Shown here piece after piece: positions 31,565 through 40,894 of a stretch of DNA of 64,000 bases. The DNA is from an uncultured delta proteobacterium (GTDB lineage: Bacteria > Desulfobacterota > RBG-13-43-22), in assembly GCA_963790475.1 (NCBI GenBank), contig CAWBOS010000010.1, positions 1,024,001 to 1,088,000 on the forward strand, written 5' to 3'. Position 1 is the stretch's first letter, and every line of letters starts with the position of its first letter. The notes under the pieces were generated by a model, which saw only the letters and a program-made list of their open reading frames with translations, was not told where the DNA came from and did no database searches. A program made the translations under genes and the position numbers.

Positions 31565-34180
31565 ATGAAAAAAATATTATTTAGTTTGCTCCTGATAATT
31601 ATTTTATGGTTGATCCCGGAGTATGGGAAAGCAGTCACTATTCAGGTACCGACTGACTACAAAACCATACAGTCGGCCATAGATAATGCCTCGGATGGAA
31701 GTACCATCATAGTGGCACCGGGGACTTATTCCGAAGCCTTGAGTTTTCCCAATTTAAATAAAACCCTTTATGTCAAATCTTCTGGGGGGGCGGCCAGCAC
31801 CATAATCCATGGCGGAGGAATACGAGACTTGCTTTATATTGCCAATGCCTCCTATGGCGGTAAGGATCTGACCTTTGATGGGTTTACTTTTACGCAAGGT
31901 CGAGATGTGACCAATATCTCCCCGGTCACTATAATTAATGCTTCCCCTGTTTTCCTCAACTGCCAATTTCAAAATAACAGTTCTGTCTCATCAGGGGGAG
32001 CTGTCCTTGTTTATGCGGCCTCCAACCCCACCTTTATAAATTGCCAGTTCCTTAATAATCAATCTGACCGATTTGGCGGGGCCGTCCTGGTTAACGGCCC
32101 ACAGGCACAGGCGTCATTCAAACAATGTCTTTTTGAAAATAACACTGCCAATGGATCCAACATTTCCCAAGGAGGCGCCCTTACATTTTTGTCTGCCGGA
32201 GGGACCGTCCTTTCCTGTATCTTTCGCCGAAATTCGGCCAACTATGTCGGCGGAGCAGTAAGGATTATAGAACAAATTTATTCTAATCCTTCTAACCGGG
32301 TTACTTTATCCGACTGTCAGTTTATGGATAATTTCTGTCTACCCGGAAGTTCCCCTCCTCCTACTCCGACAGAAGGCGGAGCCATTCATGTCGAGGCTAA
32401 TGTAACTGTTGATATTCGAAAATGCTATTTTTCAAACAATTATGCGATGTTTGGTGGGGCGGTTCATAATTATCGGGCACAGTTAAGCATCTCCGATTCG
32501 GTTTTCGATAATAACCGCGCCGTAGGGATCAATCACGAGGGAGGTGGAGGGGCCATAGCGGTCAATTCTTACTCGCCATCCCCCACAAACACATTGGATG
32601 CTACATTAACAGTAAAGAATTCCATGATTCGAAACTGCCTAGCCCCCGCTGGAGGAGGGATCTTCTTTCAAGGCGATTGGGGGCAAAATCTGACCAATAG
32701 CCGTCGTGGTCAGATCACTTTGACCAATGTGGTTATTGATAATTGTGTGGCTACCAAGGCTAATAACAGCATCGGAATTGGTGGTGCCTTGGGTTTGGCT
32801 TTCGCTAATTTAATAGGTAATGGTATCTACCTTTTAAATAATACAGCCGCCCAAGGAGGGGCTATATATGCCTACCAAAACACCTTAATTAATCTGACTA
32901 ACTCGTACATCATTGGAAATAGTGCCCCAACAGGGGCCTCTCTCTTGGTAGCAGATCCCTCTACATCCCCTCCCCCCTTATTAACCAATACGATTAAGGC
33001 CTATAATCAAGGGGATGACACGGCCAATTTAGCCATTTTAATGGCGGTTCCAACCATCCCCATTAATGGTGAAGCCTGGCTCGCTTATATTATAGCTCCT
33101 TATGCTGGAGGCCCTTCCATTTCTCCCAATATCGGGGTCTTGGCGCCTAATACTGGAGGCTACGCCGCTGGGACCAAATTCGATCCTATTACTTCTAATA
33201 CCACCTATCAGTTGACTTCCAATCAACCCACTCAACATGTTCAAATAAATGTCGCTCTAACCCCCACAAATGGTTTGGCTGCAAACGATTTCAACGGGGA
33301 TAAAAGATCCGATATTCTCTGGCGTAATGCCGTTTCAGGCCAGATCTATATCTGGTTGATGGAGGAAACTTCCATTTCTTCCCAATCATCCCCGGCTACA
33401 GTAAGCGATTTGAATTGGGAGATCAAGGATGTTGGCGATTTTAATGGGGACAGCAAAGCCGACATCCTCTTTCGCCATGCCGTCACTGGCCAAATCTATA
33501 TCTGGCTGATGAACGGCACTTCTATCTCCTCCCAGGCCTCCCCGGCTACCGTTAGTGACTTAAATTGGCAAATTATCGGAGTTGGCGATTTCAATGGCGA
33601 CGGTAAGGCCGATATCTTATGGCGTCATGCCGTCACTGGCCAAATCTATATCTGGCTGATGAACGGCACTTCTATCTCCTCCCAGGCCTCCCCGGCTACC
33701 GTTAGTGACTTAAATTGGCAAATTATCGGAGTTGGCGATTTCAATGGCGACGGTAAGGCCGATATCTTATGGCGTCATGCCGTCACTGGCCAACTTTATA
33801 CCTGGCTGATGAACGGAACCTCCATCTCCTCCCAGGCCTCCCCAGGTGCGGTGGGTGATCTGAATTGGCAGATTGAAGGCATAGGTGATTTTGATGGGGA
33901 CGGTAAGGCCGACATCCTCTGGCGTCATGCCTCCTCGGGACAGCTTTATATCTGGCTGATGAATGGAACTTTTGTTCTTTTCTCAGATTCCCCTGGATTT
34001 GTCAGTGACCCAAATTGGGTTATTAGAAGTATCGGGGATTTCGATGGGGATGGCAAGGCAGACATCCTCTTATATCATGTTATGTCGGGACAAATCAGTC
34101 TGTGGCAGATGGATGGGACCTCAAGAATTTTTCCCGCCCCGGCTGGAATCGTGAGTGATTTGAATTGGAAAATAAAATAA
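31565..34180 (+). CDS. Secreted right-handed parallel beta-helix protein with six C-terminal FG-GAP repeats
   Basis: Signal peptide; TIQSAID..APGTY; repeated FxNNxA..GGA(I/V); FG-GAP repeats from 33284; SD AAGGAG. Confidence 0.9.
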   Translation: MKKILFSLLLIIILWLIPEYGKAVTIQVPTDYKTIQSAIDNASDGSTIIVAPGTYSEALSFPNLNKTLYVKSSGGAASTIIHGGGIRDLLYIANASYGGKDLTFDGFTFTQGRDVTNISPVTIINASPVFLNCQFQNNSSVSSGGAVLVYAASNPTFINCQFLNNQSDRFGGAVLVNGPQAQASFKQCLFENNTANGSNISQGGALTFLSAGGTVLSCIFRRNSANYVGGAVRIIEQIYSNPSNRVTLSDCQFMDNFCLPGSSPPPTPTEGGAIHVEANVTVDIRKCYFSNNYAMFGGAVHNYRAQLSISDSVFDNNRAVGINHEGGGGAIAVNSYSPSPTNTLDATLTVKNSMIRNCLAPAGGGIFFQGDWGQNLTNSRRGQITLTNVVIDNCVATKANNSIGIGGALGLAFANLIGNGIYLLNNTAAQGGAIYAYQNTLINLTNSYIIGNSAPTGASLLVADPSTSPPPLLTNTIKAYNQGDDTANLAILMAVPTIPINGEAWLAYIIAPYAGGPSISPNIGVLAPNTGGYAAGTKFDPITSNTTYQLTSNQPTQHVQINVALTPTNGLAANDFNGDKRSDILWRNAVSGQIYIWLMEETSISSQSSPATVSDLNWEIKDVGDFNGDSKADILFRHAVTGQIYIWLMNGTSISSQASPATVSDLNWQIIGVGDFNGDGKADILWRHAVTGQIYIWLMNGTSISSQASPATVSDLNWQIIGVGDFNGDGKADILWRHAVTGQLYTWLMNGTSISSQASPGAVGDLNWQIEGIGDFDGDGKADILWRHASSGQLYIWLMNGTFVLFSDSPGFVSDPNWVIRSIGDFDGDGKADILLYHVMSGQISLWQMDGTSRIFPAPAGIVSDLNWKIK
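33476..33793 (+). repeat. Exact 150-bp-period tandem duplication inside the FG-GAP array
   Basis: 33476-33643 is identical to 33626-33793. Confidence 0.92.
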
Positions 34181-34378
34181 ACAGAAATTTCTGGGGCCGT
34201 TCCTGTTGAGTAGAGACCCCTTTGTTCTCAACACAAACGGGGCTACAATCGATTCCATGTCGCCCCGGTGTTGAGATCCAGGCCATAGAGCATTTGGCGG
34301 CATCTTACAGAATGCACTTTTATAGGATTCACTCGATTCGATTTTAAACGGGTTAGGTGGAAAAATCATTAGAATGTC

Positions 34379-34467
34379 CAGATTCGGGAATATCTGATGT
34401 AGGGGGAATAGACCATCTTTTCAGACCCGGCAGAAATCGTCAGTGATTTGAATTGGGGATCAAATAA
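34379..34467 (+). pseudogene. Decayed copy of the terminal FG-GAP repeat
   Basis: Translates QIREYLM*GE*TIFSDPAEIVSDLNW, colinear with QISLWQMDGTSRIFPAPAGIVSDLNW at 34091 onward, and ends atcaaataa. Confidence 0.7.
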
Positions 34468-34469
34468 AT

Positions 34470-35579
34470 TTATCGTTGATCTTGCCAGAATTCTATATCT
34501 TTTTCTCCAAACCAGTTCATACTATATAGTTCATGCTTAATAAGATCATACCCCTTTGCATCCGGCCTAAATCTTTCTGACGGTGCTCCAGGTGGTCCGC
34601 TTGTAATTTGCCAATTTAGATGATCAATACCGATTTGTTCACCTAGTGATCGCGCCATCTGCATTTCTCGATCAGAATCATTCCATTTAAAAAGAATGTA
34701 TTTCCAAAGAAGGGAAGGTGCTTTTAATCCCTGCTTTTTTCTTATCTCAACGAACTTTTTCATATTGGATAATGCGAGATCAAAGTTTCCTCCAACCCTA
34801 TACCGTAAATAGGTTTCCGATGATCCACCATCCACTGAGAACACGATCTCATCAATTCCACTTTTATAAAGGGATTCTATCTTTAAAGTTGAATACTTAA
34901 TAGTGCCGTTGGTATGCAAGGTGATGAATGCCTTAGGGTTTATCAATCGGGCGTAAGCTATCATTTGACTAAGATTCTTATTCAATAACGGTTCCCCATA
35001 GTAGAAGAACATGATCACTTCCAATTTGTTGAATCCAATATTTTTAATGGTCTTTTGAATAGATTCAAAATCTAAGTAAAGCTTTCTCCTTCTTGATCTA
35101 AGAAACCCGGTTCCACAACCACCTTCATTCTTGCAGCTCAAATTACACATAACAGTTGGCTCAATAAAAAGAATCTTGGGAGGTATTCTCGAAACAGGAT
35201 TCCTGGAAGGCTTTTCATTGGTGTTGAGAAAATAAGCAGCAGGGCATTTTCGGCAAAAGTTATTGCCGCCTTTCACTAGAGAATCTCTCAATTCAAAATA
35301 GGCCGAATTATTCCAGATCTTCATGAAAGATTGATCATTAATATTGCCTAGAATTTTCTGGCCGTGAGGATCAAAACAGTGGCAAACCACTGATCCGTCA
35401 CATAATATAGCTGCTGTATCCCATGCTCTATTACACCAGATACGGACTCCTTCTGAAAATTCAAAAAGGGGGGGCTGGGTTGAATAGCGCCTCTTAACGC
35501 TTTGGGGAATAAATCGCAAAAGTTTTTGAACTAAAACGTACCTCCCGCTAAGCTGAACAATTCGCTTTTGAAGATTCAT
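34470..35579 (-). CDS. Radical SAM protein with an N-terminal SPASM/twitch-like domain
   Basis: C...W....CDGSV.C.C.D..LGNI....IWN...CxxC followed by EPTVMCNLSCKNEGGC, GEPLLN, TNG and SVDG. Confidence 0.82.
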   Translation of the reverse strand: MNLQKRIVQLSGRYVLVQKLLRFIPQSVKRRYSTQPPLFEFSEGVRIWCNRAWDTAAILCDGSVVCHCFDPHGQKILGNINDQSFMKIWNNSAYFELRDSLVKGGNNFCRKCPAAYFLNTNEKPSRNPVSRIPPKILFIEPTVMCNLSCKNEGGCGTGFLRSRRRKLYLDFESIQKTIKNIGFNKLEVIMFFYYGEPLLNKNLSQMIAYARLINPKAFITLHTNGTIKYSTLKIESLYKSGIDEIVFSVDGGSSETYLRYRVGGNFDLALSNMKKFVEIRKKQGLKAPSLLWKYILFKWNDSDREMQMARSLGEQIGIDHLNWQITSGPPGAPSERFRPDAKGYDLIKHELYSMNWFGEKDIEFWQDQR

Positions 35580-35770
35580 ATTCTTCTTATCATGAGTCCT
35601 TTCCTTAAATCATTTACTATCAAGGGTCCGTCATAAGCCAGGATGGCCTCCTTTATAATGCAACCCATCTAATAGAGAGACTTAAAGGAAGGGCCCGTGA
35701 TAAAAAATACTATTTCTTTTACCATTTTCGGAAATCGGTTCCTCCTCAATTTATTTCTTATTGAATTAAG

Positions 35771-35799
35771 AATTTAATCAGAAAAAATTACTTTGTCAA
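35771..35799 (-). promoter_or_regulatory. Putative sigma70 promoter upstream of the radical SAM gene
   Basis: TTGACA, 17-nt spacer, TAAATT. Confidence 0.45.
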
Positions 35800-35830
35800 T
35801 AACAACTCTATGATAAAAAATTATAAGTAG

Positions 35831-36883
35831 TCACCATTGTTTAAAAAAATACCGCTTTGGCTGCTTTTTCGGGGGAAAGCAGATAACCTGCAGGACGGCA
35901 TCGGGAAACCAAGTGAGAAGATCCTTAACGATGGAAAATTCTTCTCTGTTTTTCGAAACGATTTGATAACGATATCCGAAACATTCCAACAGAGGGAAAG
36001 TTCTCTCGGCAGCTCCTCTGCCATGGGCTTCCAATATGATCACCGGCGGGCAGCCTGATAGGGTCTTTTCCATACCCTTAACGGCCAAATCCTCCGCCCC
36101 TTCAATATCGATCTTGATGAGGTCCGGTTTTCGGAGATTATAAGCTTCGATCAATTCATCAAGGCCGTGGGTTTGAACCTCGATTTCCTGCCCGATCTTA
36201 GAGTTATAAAAGATGGAGTTCTGGGTTATGCCCAGGTTCGAATTCCCGTAATTTATGATGAATGGGGTTTTATTATGACTGTCCAACAGAGCAGTCGGGA
36301 AAATCTCGCAATTAAAAGCTTCATTCGCCTCAAGGTTGGCCCGTAAAAAATAAACACAGATGGGATTGGCTTCAAGACAGTATACATGGCCCTGATGCCC
36401 GGCCAAGCGAGAGAAATGAATGGAATAGAGGCCCAAACTGGCCCCGATATCGTAAATTATCCAACCAGCCTTAATGATTTGAGGCAGAAGGTCTATGGTA
36501 GATTTGTCATGACCACTCTTTACTATACCGACCTCCCATTCGGTCGGCACCCAAAGGCGCGTCTTACCCTCCAAATTTATTAATTGGGGGGAATGGTTCA
36601 TTCGGACATCCAGGCCGACGTCAAATGATTGCTCAACCCAGCCACTCGAACCATCAGGGCCGCGCCATTCCAAGATCAAAGTATATTTTCCGGGTGTTTC
36701 AGGGCTGAACCGGATTAACTCTCCGGAATTCCAATCGAACAAAGGTTTGAGATAGGAAATATTCTGATCTTTTATAAAAGAACGGGTTTCAATAATTAAA
36801 TCTTGCTTCAGGATTTGGAATTCACAGGGATCACCCAGCCGCACAATCCCCTCAGATTTAAATCTCGGAATAATTTTTATCAC
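35831..36883 (-). CDS. FkbM-family methyltransferase
   Basis: YDIGASLGLYS, LEANP and PDLIKIDIEGAE. Confidence 0.9.
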   Translation of the reverse strand: MIKIIPRFKSEGIVRLGDPCEFQILKQDLIIETRSFIKDQNISYLKPLFDWNSGELIRFSPETPGKYTLILEWRGPDGSSGWVEQSFDVGLDVRMNHSPQLINLEGKTRLWVPTEWEVGIVKSGHDKSTIDLLPQIIKAGWIIYDIGASLGLYSIHFSRLAGHQGHVYCLEANPICVYFLRANLEANEAFNCEIFPTALLDSHNKTPFIINYGNSNLGITQNSIFYNSKIGQEIEVQTHGLDELIEAYNLRKPDLIKIDIEGAEDLAVKGMEKTLSGCPPVIILEAHGRGAAERTFPLLECFGYRYQIVSKNREEFSIVKDLLTWFPDAVLQVICFPPKKQPKRYFFKQW

Positions 36884-36893
36884 TTAAAAATCC

Positions 36894-37862
36894 TTATTCT
36901 ATAATATATCTCATCATTTCTTCTCTTATATTCTTATCTAATAAGATCTCTTCCGGATTATTAATACCTTCTTTTTTTCCGGCATCAATAATTAACCTCA
37001 TAATCCAAAATATTTTATCATTCCCTTGGAAATTTATCGATTCATATAATGATTTCATATCCGCAATAATAGTATCACGATTTCCACTGGTTAATATTTC
37101 GTTTCCTAAGAATTTATCGATATTTGCAGCGATAACCCAGCATATTTCATATAACATCCACTTCCTGTTCGTGTTTATCGTGTTTGACTTGTGAATTCTA
37201 TATCTAAGAAGGGGCTCTTCCAATAAGTCACATTTTCCTTTTAAACATGTCCTAAGTAAAAAATCCCAATCATGGGTATATCGTAAGTTTCTCATATATC
37301 CCACTTGAGAAAGGATTCCTTTTCTTACAAAAACATTACTCGTAGAAGCCACAAAATTTGACATTAATAAATTAAGATTGAAATTTTTGGTATTGGCATA
37401 ACTCTTATCAACATTTTTAATCGGCCAGGGGAGAAGGTTTTTCCACCCTTCTTTTATGTCTAACCTTTTACCTCGTTCATCTATAACTTCGATATGGGTG
37501 GCAGCCAATTCCAGTTTTTCATACCTGTCAAAAAATTGTAGCAGCTTCTCTATTCTTTCTATATGATAGGCATCGTCGGAATTGAGAATACCTATGTATT
37601 CACCCTTTGCGAGCTCAAATCCTTTATTGATTGCATTAGGTGCCCCCATATTTTTTTGCACTATTAGTCTTAATCTTCGGTCCTTTATCTTTTGAAGTAT
37701 ATTTATAGAATTATCTTCTGACCCATCATCAATTACAATTAATTCTATATTTTCATATGTTTGAGATAGCACACTATTAACTGCTTCAGCAATATACTTC
37801 TCATGGTTATAGGAAGGAATGATTATTGTAACCAAAGGAAAGTTATTCTTGCTTTGATTCAT
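36894..37862 (-). CDS. GT2 glycosyltransferase
   Basis: IIIPSYNHEKYI, IDDGSED, LNSDD and HDWDF; very AT-rich DNA. Confidence 0.93.
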   Translation of the reverse strand: MNQSKNNFPLVTIIIPSYNHEKYIAEAVNSVLSQTYENIELIVIDDGSEDNSINILQKIKDRRLRLIVQKNMGAPNAINKGFELAKGEYIGILNSDDAYHIERIEKLLQFFDRYEKLELAATHIEVIDERGKRLDIKEGWKNLLPWPIKNVDKSYANTKNFNLNLLMSNFVASTSNVFVRKGILSQVGYMRNLRYTHDWDFLLRTCLKGKCDLLEEPLLRYRIHKSNTINTNRKWMLYEICWVIAANIDKFLGNEILTSGNRDTIIADMKSLYESINFQGNDKIFWIMRLIIDAGKKEGINNPEEILLDKNIREEMMRYIIE

Positions 37863-37899
37863 TTCTTTAAGTTTTTTTCAGTTTTTTATAAAAATTATC

Positions 37900-39753
37900 T
37901 CATGAGAGATCTTGAATTTCACGCTTCTTTTCTTTCATGGCTTTTTCCCACGCATCTTTATATTTCTCGGCGATTCTTTGCGATGAAAAAAAATGTCGTA
38001 TTTCATCAGCAGATTTTTCAGCGTTATTTCGGTAATAATATAATCTTTCATTAAAATCTTTAAAGCTCTCAATTAAAACTGGTATATTTGCAATCTCGTT
38101 TATAATCATCCCAGATTTATACTTTTCTATTACCAGCTCAATGTCTCCTACGTCAGTAGAAAGTATCGGGACCGCCATGGATAAGGCTTCAAGCATTACA
38201 ATAGGCAATCCTTCATACCCTGAAGAAATAATTAACCCCGAAGCAATATAATATATCTCTGACGGATCTTCTACATACGGAAAATAAGATAAATTTTTCA
38301 TATTATTCTTAGAAATATATTCTTTCACATCCTGACTTAATTCTCCTTGTCCGATCATTAAAAAATGAGAATTTTCTCTTTCGTTATTACAGTTTTTAAC
38401 AAGTTCTAAAAAATCAAAAGGTCTTTTTTGTTCGCATAGTCTCCCTATAAAAACAAATATTCGCTTATTCTCGGGAAGATTATATTTTTTTAAAATTATA
38501 GCTCTGGATTCAGGTTTGAATAATTGCCTGTCAAATTTTTGTTCATCTATTGCATGATATATCAAATCTATTTTGTTCTTATCCATATTGTATTTACTAA
38601 GGAAACAATCATATATTTTGGAGTTAATGGCTATGAACCTGTCGAACGATCGAATTCCGGGCCCATCATAACCATTAATCCAACCTTCTTCTATATCGTA
38701 GACCTCTTGGTCCACTATCGGAATATCTTTAAATAGCTCCCTAATCTTTAAGGCGTTATCGAACAACCATAGAGAACCATTACAAATCCAAATCATATCC
38801 GGACTATAAGCATCTTTTATTTGTTTTAGTATCGACAAATAGTTTTTAGATTCAGTAAGTTCTGAAAGATCATAAATTCCGGCACATTTATCTATAGCCA
38901 GGTGATGTAGAGTACCGGTTTTTTCATTTAATTTTTCAAAATTTACAATAAGAAAATCGTACTGATATTTCAATGCTTTCATTATTTCTATGGTGTTTTT
39001 TTCAACTCCACCAACGGCCAAAAAAATTGGGAAAACAAGTATGATTTTTCTTATTTTGTTAAAAGAATAAAATATCCTATTGTTTTTGGCAGTCAAATAA
39101 TCTTTCTTTTTCTTTGAAAAAATACCAACGGAGATAATGTTCACATTAGAATCATAGGCAATCTTGGAAGAAAAAATATTTCCAATATTGATGTCTCTAA
39201 CTTCATTATGACCTGGTAATAGCCGTATTATTTTCCCCGTACCTTTCAATTTTGAAAATTTTTTTTTTATTTTCGCGTTTTTTAAAAAAATATAATCCTC
39301 AATTCTACCAAGACCGATAAAGGGCAGATCCTTCAAAGATCTTGAGATGATAAAAAAATCATAATCAAAATTATGGGTTAATAATAATATATTTCTAAAA
39401 TCATTATTGGTTAATATTAATTGATCATTGGTTGGCTCGTAGACATATTCCACCGGAAGATTTTCTATTCGATTAGAAACATTAGGGTGCTTGGAATTCG
39501 GGTTGTATAGTCTATAATGTCCTTTTTCCCGAATTATAAGACATATTCTTTGAGCAAATTCTTTGAAAATTGGTTCATAATTGGAGATATTTTTTATTTC
39601 ATTGATACATATGCCTATATCAAAAAAATAATTTATTTCATTTTTTCTTATATTCGATCTGAGTTTACTTAAATTATAATTAAAAAAAACACAGTTAAAT
39701 ATTTTACCTATGTTTTTTTTTAACAAATACTTATGAGATTTATATACACTCAA
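37900..39753 (-). CDS. GT4 glycosyltransferase with an N-terminal extension
   Basis: GGVEK, FIGRLCEQKRP and EGLPIVMLEALS; very AT-rich DNA; start uncertain. Confidence 0.88.
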   Translation of the reverse strand: MSVYKSHKYLLKKNIGKIFNCVFFNYNLSKLRSNIRKNEINYFFDIGICINEIKNISNYEPIFKEFAQRICLIIREKGHYRLYNPNSKHPNVSNRIENLPVEYVYEPTNDQLILTNNDFRNILLLTHNFDYDFFIISRSLKDLPFIGLGRIEDYIFLKNAKIKKKFSKLKGTGKIIRLLPGHNEVRDINIGNIFSSKIAYDSNVNIISVGIFSKKKKDYLTAKNNRIFYSFNKIRKIILVFPIFLAVGGVEKNTIEIMKALKYQYDFLIVNFEKLNEKTGTLHHLAIDKCAGIYDLSELTESKNYLSILKQIKDAYSPDMIWICNGSLWLFDNALKIRELFKDIPIVDQEVYDIEEGWINGYDGPGIRSFDRFIAINSKIYDCFLSKYNMDKNKIDLIYHAIDEQKFDRQLFKPESRAIILKKYNLPENKRIFVFIGRLCEQKRPFDFLELVKNCNNERENSHFLMIGQGELSQDVKEYISKNNMKNLSYFPYVEDPSEIYYIASGLIISSGYEGLPIVMLEALSMAVPILSTDVGDIELVIEKYKSGMIINEIANIPVLIESFKDFNERLYYYRNNAEKSADEIRHFFSSQRIAEKYKDAWEKAMKEKKREIQDLS

Positions 39754-39768
39754 ATTATTTATTCCTTC

Positions 39769-39922
39769 GAATGGTTTCGAAAAATCAGAATAGCCCTCGC
39801 CCCTTCGAAAGCAGGAGTCCAGAAATTAATTGATCGCAACAGATCTTTGGCGGGCTGGATCCTCGCTTTCGTTGTAAGGAATGACGAAAATGGGCTTTTG
39901 ATAACTTTTTATGGATCTATCA
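39769..39922. mobile_element. Degenerate MITE/REP-like element of the GTCATTCCC...GGGAATGAC family
   Basis: Inner arms ggagtccag / ctggatcc and ggaatgacg; the reverse complement of 39879-39922 closely matches 62200-62243. Confidence 0.65.
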
Positions 39923-40175
39923 TACATAAAAGATATCAAAATAGAATAGACAAAAAAACACTGGATTTCCTCGTAGCAAGTACGGGGCAGGCTTGGTGAA
40001 GCCCGTAATTATGGAGGGGGATTTCTCCAAAGCAGTCATTAATCCTTCTCCCGATATCTTCATCCGGAGATGAAAGCCAGGGTCCACCGCCCCTCCTTTG
40101 GGGCCTTCAGGGAGGAGATTTTGTCAGTTTGCTTTGTGGGTTCTTACTGTAGATCTGGCGACCTAACATTTATGT

Positions 40176-40664
40176 CTATTCTACTTTGACCTTAAGTTGG
40201 GTCGTTTTAGAACCCTTTTCCTTAAACCAGGCTACCTCCTCTTGGACCATGTCAAACTCAAGGATATAATTTCCTGGCTTATCAGGCGCCGCAACTTTTG
40301 CATCTGCTTCAATCTCTTTATTGGGCATTATAGGATTAGCAAAATCTGTTCTGAGCCCACTATCTACGATCATTTTTCCTTCACTGCTCAGCCAATGATA
40401 GGACAATCTAACTGAGTATTGTCCAGGAGCCGGCCAAGTGACCTCACTGATATTTTTTACGATCGTTTTTATTACAGTAGTCGAAGAGGCCTTTAAGGAT
40501 GCTGGTGGATCTTTTACAATTATTTCTGCCTTATAACCATTCTCCGGCAAAGGTTTATTTGCAACCGGTGGGGCTTCTTTTTTTTCGCAGCCTACCCCTC
40601 CCATAAAAAAACTTATGGACATGGTCACAATCAAAAACAAACGAATAAAGTTTACTTTTCTCAT
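40176..40664 (-). CDS. Lipoprotein with a single Ig-like (NBR1-type) domain
   Basis: Lipobox GVGC; VKNIS..TWP, VRLSYHW and APDKPGNYILEFDMVQE..AWF. Confidence 0.75.
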   Translation of the reverse strand: MRKVNFIRLFLIVTMSISFFMGGVGCEKKEAPPVANKPLPENGYKAEIIVKDPPASLKASSTTVIKTIVKNISEVTWPAPGQYSVRLSYHWLSSEGKMIVDSGLRTDFANPIMPNKEIEADAKVAAPDKPGNYILEFDMVQEEVAWFKEKGSKTTQLKVKVE

Positions 40665-40712
40665 CTATTGATCCTCCTTAGCTTCATTTTATTTTACCAA
40701 TAAGACAAGGGA

Positions 40713-40741
40713 AATATAGGGGAAAGAAACTTCATTGTCAA
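40713..40741 (-). promoter_or_regulatory. Near-consensus sigma70 promoter of the lipoprotein gene
   Basis: TTGACA, 17-nt spacer, TATATT; SD AAGGAGG before the ATG. Confidence 0.65.
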
Positions 40742-40894
40742 TAAAAAACGTTTCTGAAATCAACAGCCTGCTCGTCACTGTCCCCTTTTCATCAGAAGAG
40801 ACTTTCTTTCTCCTTGCTTTCCGCCCTATTTTTCTCCTTGACATTCTCCACTATTTTATTTTGTCGATTAAAAGACAAGTTCCTCAACTGGCCA

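Noticed and set aside
34091-34467. Diversity-generating retroelement VR/TR pair (gene 3' end plus downstream copy)
   Set aside because: Mismatches are not confined to adenines, the copy has an indel, and no reverse transcriptase gene is in the window
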